This document shows, piece after piece, positions 51,901-61,300 of a DNA stretch of 64,000 nt (the first letter of the stretch is position 1; each line of letters begins with the position of its first letter). A program made the translations under genes and the position numbers. The notes under the pieces are model-generated. The model did no database searches. It saw nothing but the letters and a program-made list of their open reading frames with translations, and was not told the origin of the DNA. This stretch comes from Octopus sinensis (Eukaryota), in assembly GCF_006345805.1 (NCBI RefSeq), contig NC_042999.1:135594001-135658000 (forward strand), given 5' to 3'.

Positions 51901-54900
51901 ACTATGAAGCTGCAATATTTTACTAAGATTCAGTAGAACGTGTTCAAGTATACAAAAAGTGGAGAATAAAAGATTGACATTGACTACAGGCACAGGTGTG
52001 GCTGTGTGGTATAAAGTATGCTTCTGAACCACATGGCTCCAGGTTCAGTCCCACTGCATTGCACCCTGGGCAAATGTCTTCTACTATAGTCTCAGACCGA
52101 GCAAATCTTTGAGAGTGGATTTAGTAATGGAAAATCTGAAAGAAGCCTGTCTTGTGTGTATGTGTATACGTATGTGTGTCTGCATGCATGCATGTCTTTA
52201 TGTTTGTTTGTCCACACCACCGCTTGACAACTGGTGTTGGTGTGTTTACATCCCCGTAACTTAGCAGTTCGGCAAAAGAAATGATAGAATAAGTGCCAAG
52301 CTTAAGGAAAGAATCACTGAGGTTGATTCGTTCAACTAAAATTCAACATAGCTGCAATCTAATAACTATCTGACACTAAAAGTGTTAAAATAATCTTAAT
52401 GCTTTGCTGCAGAAATCAAGGTATATCTGTTCAAAATTTCATTACCCTTAACAGCAGAAAGTAGTTTCAGATAGGCGCAGGAGTGGCTGTGTGGTAAGTA
52501 GCTTGTTTACCAACCACATGGTTCCGGGTTCAGTCCCACAGCGTGGCACCTTGGGCAAGTGTCTTCTACTATAGCCTCGGATCGACCAAAGCCTTGTGAG
52601 TGGATTTGGTAGACGGAAACTGAAAGAAGCCCATCGTATATATGTGTGTGTGTATATATATATATATGCGTGTGTGTGTCTGTGCTTGTCCCCCTAGCAT
52701 TGCTTGACAACCGATGCTGGTGTGTTTATGTCCCCGTTACTTAGCAGATCGGCAAAAGAGACCGATAGAATAAGTACTGGGCTTACAAAAGAATAAGTCC
52801 CGGGGTCAAGTTGCCCGATTAAAGGCGGTGCTCCAGCATGGCCGCAGTCAAATGACTGAAACAAGTAAAAGAGTATACCAATCTTAAATTTTTGCGGGGA
52901 ATGTCATATTCAAAACTACTTTTTGTTGAAATATATGAAGTTTATTATGTGCTAATGTGACTTGCAGAAAATACCAATTCTATTTTTTGGTAGGTATTTA
53001 ACATCATTACTGGAATAACCATGAAATTGAATTTCACAGTTAAAGCATTAACTGAAAGTTCAAGTGAGTTTAACAGAGAAAAATACCTACAGGAAACATT
53101 GTAAGTCATCAGGATTACTTCTGCACTACATGCCATCAAAGCTTTGTGGAGATCATCACTACGGAACATAGTCACAAGAGAAGCTCTTCCAACACGCCGC
53201 TGTTCCTGAAAAAATATATCACACACACACATATATATGTATATAAACATGTGTATACAAATATATACATACATATAAATGTACAAAAACAATATATACA
53301 TATACAGTCACACATATGTACATACACAAACATACATATATCCATATCATCATCATCATCATTTAACGTCCGCTTTCCATGCTAGCATGGGTTGGACGGT
53401 TCGACCGGGGTCTGCGAAGCCAAGAGGCTGCACCTAGCCCAGTCTGATCTGGCAGTGTTTCTACACCTTGATGCCCTTCCTAACGCCAACCACTCCGAGA
53501 GTGTAGTGGGTGCTTTTAACGTGCCACCGGCACAGGTGCCAGGCGAGGTTGGCAACGGCCATGATCAGTTGGTGCTTTTTACGTGCCACCGGCACAGAGG
53601 CCAGTCGAGGCGGCACTGGCAACAGTCACGTTCAGATGGTTCTTTTATGTGCCACCGGCACTGATATCACAACTACAATTTCCATTGATTTTATGTGTGT
53701 AGTTGAAGACACATGGCTCAGTGGTTAGAGCACTGGATTCACAATCATTAGGTAGTGAGTTCAATTCCCATACCAGGCTGTGTGTTGTGTCCTTGAGCAA
53801 GACACTTTATTTCACGTTGCTTCAGTTCACTCAGCTGTAGAAACGAGTTGCGACGTCACTGGTGTCAAGCTGTATCAGCCTTTGCTTTTCCCTTGGATAA
53901 CATCGGTGGCAGGGAGAGGGGAGGCTGGTATGCGTGGGCGACTGCTGGTCTTCCATAAACAAGCTTGCCTGGACTTATGCCTTGGAGGGGAACTTTCTAG
54001 GTGCAATCCCATGGTCACTCATGACCAAAGGGAGTCTTTACCCATTACCCTATGTATGTAGTTTACTTGCAAATCACTTTGTGAGTATGTGTGTGTCCAC
54101 ACACATCTATTTGTATGTACACATGACAGAAAATACAAGTCCAAGAAAAAAGTAAAAGCAGTAGAGTGTTGTTTCTGAAGGTGGGACATGATAATATTTT
54201 GGTGTGGTGTGGATCTTCAGAATGGGGCACAAAAGTGAATAACACTTGCAATGCAGTTTAGATCAAAACTCCCTCTGAATATTTAAATGCTATATACTAA
54301 TTTTGTCTGTCCAAGGTGGGTGTTACAAATATTTTTAGAAAACTGATACAAGACAAATTACATGGAGAAATACTGAAGTAAAGTTTATTCCTAGATTCAA
54401 AGCTTTGAATTTCCATATCTATCATATTCTTCAATACAACTTTAACTGGCACTTCATCAGTTACAACAATGAGGGTTCCAGTTGCTCCTGCTTGTGAAAT
54501 TGTGGCTGGGCACTCCATAAACACATGTACCCTTAATGTAGTTCTCAAGGAGATTCAGCATGACAGAGTTTGACATGGTTAGCCCTTTGAAATACAAGTA
54601 TTATTCATTTTTGCCAGCTGAGTGGACTGGAGCAACATGAAATAAAGTGAGTTACTCAAGGACACAACACGTCGCTGGGAATTGAACTCATGACCTTACG
54701 ATTGTGAGCAGAATACCCTAACCATTAAGCCACATTGGGTGTTGGGTCTTTCTCATGACTTGATGTTTGCACACTGATTAAAAACCTTCACATTTCATAC
54801 AAGATGTTTGTAAGAAAATAAGATGAAGAAATACTTACAGATATTAGAAGAGAATTGAATATATGTAAATAGAGTTTGACGATAATTTGAAACCTCTCTG

Positions 54901-57900
54901 AAGCAAACCGCTTAGTGTCTGGGTCCTGACCTTTTACATCTGTGAAAGATTTTTCAAAGATCTTCCTGTATTTTTCAATTCTATCAGAAATAGATGTGAC
55001 CATACTGGCATTAGAACTCTGAAAGAAAAATTAAGAAAAATTATACATAAGAGAAATATCAAGAAGCAAGTATTGAATAGTAATAATGATTTTTATAATC
55101 TGACAAAGGCTAGAAGTTTTAGTGGCGAAAGTAAGTCAATTACATTGACCTATGTTGTAGGTAAATGCATCTGTACCGATGCTGCATAAATACACCCATG
55201 CCAGTGGCACATAAAAATCACCCATCGCACTCTGTTAAGTGGTCGGTGTTAAGAAGGGCATCCAGACATAGAAACCATGCCACAACAGACAATTGGAATT
55301 TGGACAGCACCCCTAGCTGGCCACTCCATGTCAAACCATCTAACCCGTGCTAGCATGGAAAACAGATGTGAAATGATGACAATGATGATAATGATATATT
55401 ACTGACAGGTCAGAGTTTCAAACAATCGTATATTATCAAAACAATTATACAATCTTTATACTACACAATTCAACAAAAAACAATTTTATAATATTAATTT
55501 TTTGAGCAGTATTAAATAAAATAATATGCTGGGAATAAATGGTTAAACATTACACTTACATAATAAAGTTAAAATACTCACATCTATATAATCTTTCAGC
55601 AATTCCCTGGGGTCCTCAGGTATTTCTTCCAAGATTTTCCATAACTGTTGAACAACAGTCAATGCTGACCTAAAATAAGCAATTAGAAAATTATATTTTC
55701 CCCTCTTTACTCATTCAAAGCACATAACTTTTTTGCAAGTTGGTATCACTGATAAGAAGCATTATGGCAAAAATCAAAGGTTCTAAATGACCACTTAAAC
55801 TATAAGAAATAACAGCTAAATTTCACTCAAGTCACACCAATCTTAAAAAAAGAAGGATGGATAATGCAACCCTATATATACTTTGTCTCAAAAGAAAAAT
55901 CATAGTTGAAATGTCTTTGATCACAGATCTGCTTCATCAGAGATGACCTGGAGTTAACAATATTATTTACTCATTTACTCACAACTGGCCTTATTTGATG
56001 TGTCTTGCTAATAGGAAAACTTACACCTGATAACAATATACACAATACATTTCTTAGTTTTAACATTTTTATATGAACTCCTTAAATATCTAAAACCCTT
56101 AGTATTAACCCTGATAAAATATTAAGAAGCCAACTGGGATTCTTCTCAGCAGTTGCTCATCTAACTAGAAATAGCAGCCAAATCTCTTTCAAACAATACT
56201 CTACCATTTTCAGAAATGGAAATACATATGAAATAACATAGTCCTATATATATGTTATATCTGAGATGGTTATGGCTGGAATGCCTTTGATCATAGGTCT
56301 GCCCAACTAGGACTGACCTAGGGGCTAAACAACAACAAAAAGTACAATAAAGAGCTAAGATGTTACCAATAATCTAACACCAAATCTTGTACTGGTTTCA
56401 CATTTGTTTCACAGATACAATGAGCAATAATAATAACAATCCTTTCTACTAGAGGCACAAGGCCTCAGATTTTGGGGGTAGGGAACTGGTCAATTACATC
56501 AACCCCAGTGTTTCACTGGTACTTAATTTACTGACCCCGAAAGGACGAAAGGCTAAGTCAACCATGGCAGAATTTTAACTCAGAATACAGCAACAGATGA
56601 AATACTGCTAAGCATTTCATCCAGTCTGCTAACGATTCTGCCAGCTCACTGCAATAATAATGATAATAATAGTAGTGGTGGTGGTGGTGTTAGTGACAGC
56701 AGCAGCAGCAGTAGTAGTAGTAGTGTGGCTCTCATGCCTTTTGATCTTAACTGATTGGAAGTGTTATCTTGTACATATTTGTTCTTGGTATAAAAGACGA
56801 GCCACTGCAAATATTCTGCTTAATACCAGACTTGCCAGTCAGTTGCTTGACCTTAACCAGTTGAGCATGTCCCTTGGTGGCTGATGATATGTGCGTTTCT
56901 GATCACAAGCAGCAGTAGTGGAGGAGCATCATAGCCATGTGTTGAGAGGAATTCTTAGAGGTTTGAATAATTCACCTCTGGAAATATAGATGTTTCATTC
57001 ATCATCCTTAAACAAACCTTATTCAGCAACCTTTTGAGTGGGATGGGCTTCTTGACCCAAAGAAAATTCTAACTGGGCCCCACCTGCAAGGTCATATGCT
57101 GCTTATCTTGATATGAGAACATCATCTCATGCACATATGGATGTGATGTATGTGTCTGGTGTACCCTTATCATACAGGTAGTCATGATGGGCATACTGGG
57201 CTTTGTATATTTGTACCCTAGTGTTACCTTGATGGCATGCATTGATCTCTCAGTCAATAATAATAATAGGTACAAGGCCTAAATTTTTGGGGAGTGGGCT
57301 AGTTGATTGCATTAACAACACTTACCGAACTGGTGTGAGTGGAGCAACTACTGAATCCTCAGGTCTGCAAAAGAATTTTAAAAACATCAATGATATTTAC
57401 AAATTATATTATGAATAACTAGAAAAGTTACAGTATTAATTTAATGAAAATACAAAGATGTCTCAAAGTTTTACCTTAGTAATGAAGTTAGATAGAAAAC
57501 AATATTTTTACATACATTTGTTGATATTTTTCTCTATGCATTGTTAGAAGGAATATATATATATATATTTACAGATGTTGTGAGATACATGTATATACCA
57601 GTGAAACAAGTATACAACAGTGAATATATGTGGGAATATTTGAAACTACTAAAAAAGGAATGAGCTAACTGATTCAATTTATGTATATACTGTGTTTGAA
57701 ATAGTGCAAATAGATACAAGAAAATTACTTAAAATTGGGTATTGTATGCAGGAATATTAAATATATGATGAGAATGGATAATAACTGCATATATGTTAGC
57801 ATCACTGTCATAAACCAGTTCAAAGGCTTTTATTCAAACTTTATTCTGCTCACCGTTTAATCCATTAATCACAGCTGTCCAACAATTGACACATTGTTTT

Positions 57901-58261
57901 ATATTAGGTGAAGACAGTATCCATTTATCAATGTCATTCAACACTATGCCGTATTTTCATACTCAATACAAAATAAGATATCTGTATTTTTATCTATTAT
58001 TTACTATTGTAGAAAGGAATTAATGATAGGATATTATAATTACTCTCTCTTTTACTCTTTTACTTGTTTCAGTCATTTTGACTGCGGCCATGCTGGAGCA
58101 CCGCCTTTAATCGAGCAACTCGATCCCGGGACTTATTCTTTTGTAAGCCCAGTACTTATTCTATCGGTCTCTTTTGCCGAACCGCTAAGTGACAGGGACG
58201 TAAACACCAGCATCGGTTGTCAAGCAATGCTAGGGGGACAAACACAGGCACACAAACACAT

Positions 58262-58318
<57 letters not shown>

Positions 58319-61300
58319 ACAGGCTTCTTCCAGTTTCCGTCTACCAAATCCACTCACAAGGCTTTGGTCGGCCCGAGGCTATAGCAGAAGACACTTGCCC
58401 AAGATGCCACGCAGTGGGACTGAACCCGGAACCATGTGGTTGGTAAACAAGCTACTTACCACACAGCCACTCCTGCGCCTATTCATAACAATCACAAAAA
58501 AATGCTTAGTAAATGACTTGTTTGAGCTTAGACGACATGGGATGAAGTACTGAAGAATAATCTCAAGACATTGAATCTTTCAGGCAACATGACAAAGGAC
58601 CAAGATGCCTGGTACCTTGCTGTACAGAAGTGTTAAGACCAGAACTTTGGTTGGTGTAAAGCATGTAAAAGCAAGTGTGCAGTGCCCTGTAAGAGTGCCC
58701 ATGCCAATGCCATGTAAAAGTACCCATGCAGTGCCACGTAAAAGTACCCAGCACACTGTAAAGTAGTTGGCATTAGGAAAGTGCAGCTCCTCAGCTTGCC
58801 AGCCCAGGTCAAACCATCCAATCCATGCCAGCATGGACAACAGACATCAAATGATGATAATGATGATGATGATGAACTGAATATATGTCTAGAGGTTTGC
58901 TTTGGTGACTGGAGTGGTAACAGTTGTGTCCGTAATGTATGTTTATTATTCATATATCATCAAACATCACGTCTCATTCTAAACCTGCACTGCATCCATG
59001 GGTTGATATTTCAAAAACATTCTCCAGTGGCAACATGAGTATCTTATCTCTTTCAATAACACAAAGAGACAATCATTGCACACATCAATGAAACAATCCT
59101 TTATCTCATATTTTATAATGCTGAATGGAATGTTTGTGTAAAATTACAACCAATATAAGGAGGTATGTCAGGTGAGTTCAAAATACAGTTTTCTAATGTT
59201 TTTGCGCTGATGATATTGTAACCATCTAATTGTTAGGCAAACACTCACTCACCAACACAGTACAATCTCTGGCAGGCCTACAGATATGCTGTCCCTTCCC
59301 TTTGCCTATAATTGCAATAGCATTGACAACACCTACAATTACAATAACATTATAGTAACCACAAAAGCTCCAAAAAGTAAAAAATGTGAGATAACAGCTA
59401 AATCCTTACTGCATCTTATGATTTAGGATGCGATGTCCTTAACTGCTATCACATAGATAAGAAGGTTTCACTAAAACTAACATACAAAAATGCATTTAGT
59501 TCTGTGGGCTATCACAAAAGCTGTTCCACTGAATACTCCAGAACAATAATAACTCATGTAAGAGACATACCGAGGTGATGGCTTTCTGTTTTTGATGGGA
59601 GTTGAAGTAACGACAATGGGATCATTGACTAAGAAGAGAAGCTCATTTATATCTCCACTAGCCTGGTAAGACTTCAGATAAATTTTCTCCGTCTCATCAA
59701 CCTATAACAATGGTTAAATAAAATAAAATATATTAAAAACATTATTATTAGTTAGGAAACAAAAAGGGCTATGGGTGGGCAGAAGTTTGGGAGAATGTAA
59801 GGAAAATAGGAATGGGTCATGAAAGAGGAGAGAATAGGTGATAATACATAAAAAAGGGGTGGCAGAGGATCTTTCAAACATTCATTCATATATTAATATA
59901 CACGTGACGTAAGGTGGCGAGCCGGTAGAAATATTAGCATGTCGGGCGAAAAGCTTAGCAGTATTTCGTCTGTCTTTATGTTCTTGAATTCAAATTCTGC
60001 CAAGGTAAACTTTGCCTTTCATCCACTCAGGGTTTATAAATTAAGTACCAGTTGCATACTGGGGTCAATCTAAATGACTGGCCCCCTCCGCAAAAATATG
60101 TGATGTATTAAGTAACTACATATTAATGAAATATAACTACTTACATCTAAATTGCCGTTGGTATATAATACAATTGAATTGACAAACTCTGCGACTGCGT
60201 TCTGGACAGGCTGAAGCTGTAAGAGAACATGAAAAATTTATAATTTATCAATTAAGTATTTATAGTGGTACATAAAATGATTAAAATTTATCAGCAAAAT
60301 AACATCAACAATTGCTCTGTTCAATGTGAAAGGTTTCAAATTAAATGTAATGGAAAGATTAAGGTTGCAGTGACATTTTAGACACACTGGAAACTTGACT
60401 TTCTTGAAAAAAAAAAAAAAAAGAGAGCAAAGCAGGAACAGCCTGTTGTCCTTATTATTACTAAAGAAAACATTAAGGCAGCAAACTGGCAGAATTGTTA
60501 CCACACCTGCCATCTGTACTTTCTGAGTTTAAATGCCAGAGGTCAACTTTGCCTTTCAGGGTCGATAAATTAAGTAGCAGTGAAATCAATTAGTCCCCTC
60601 CCTACAAAATTTCAAGCTTTGTACCTTTAATGGAATCATTAGCATGTCAGATAAAATAAGCTTTGTGTGTGGACTTAGAAGGAAACTGAAAGAAACTTGT
60701 TGTGTGTATGTATGTGTGTGTATAAATACATATATACATATATGTGGATGAAGTATTACTGTCTCTGTCTTATCATCACATGATAGTTGTAAGCTTGTAT
60801 GTTGTCTGGTCATGGGAAATATTACCTTACTAGGTAGCAGGTGAAGGTTGGTGACAGGAAAGGCATTTGGCTAGAGAAAATCCACCTTAACAAATTCTGT
60901 CCAATCCATGTGAGCATGGAAAACAATTGGACATTAAAATGACGTTGATGATATGTGTGTGAATGTTCTGATCAGCAAGTATTTATACTAATTTGCAAGA
61001 GCTTCAATTTGCATGTCGTTCACTTCAGTTTCTTTTTCCTCCAAAGGATTATGTATTTAGTCAACATTGTCTTTTAACATTCCAAGTTTGGTAAATAAAT
61101 ACCAATAATAACCTGCACCAATTCTGTCATCTATATATCTCTGATATGTGAAGGCGCATAGCTCAGTGGCTAGAGCATCAGGCTCACAATCATTAGGTAG
61201 CTGGTTTGATTCTCAGATTGGGCTGTGGGTTGTGTTCTTGAGTAAGACACTTTATTTCATTTTGCTCCAGTTCAATTAGCTGTAGAAATGAGTTGTGACG

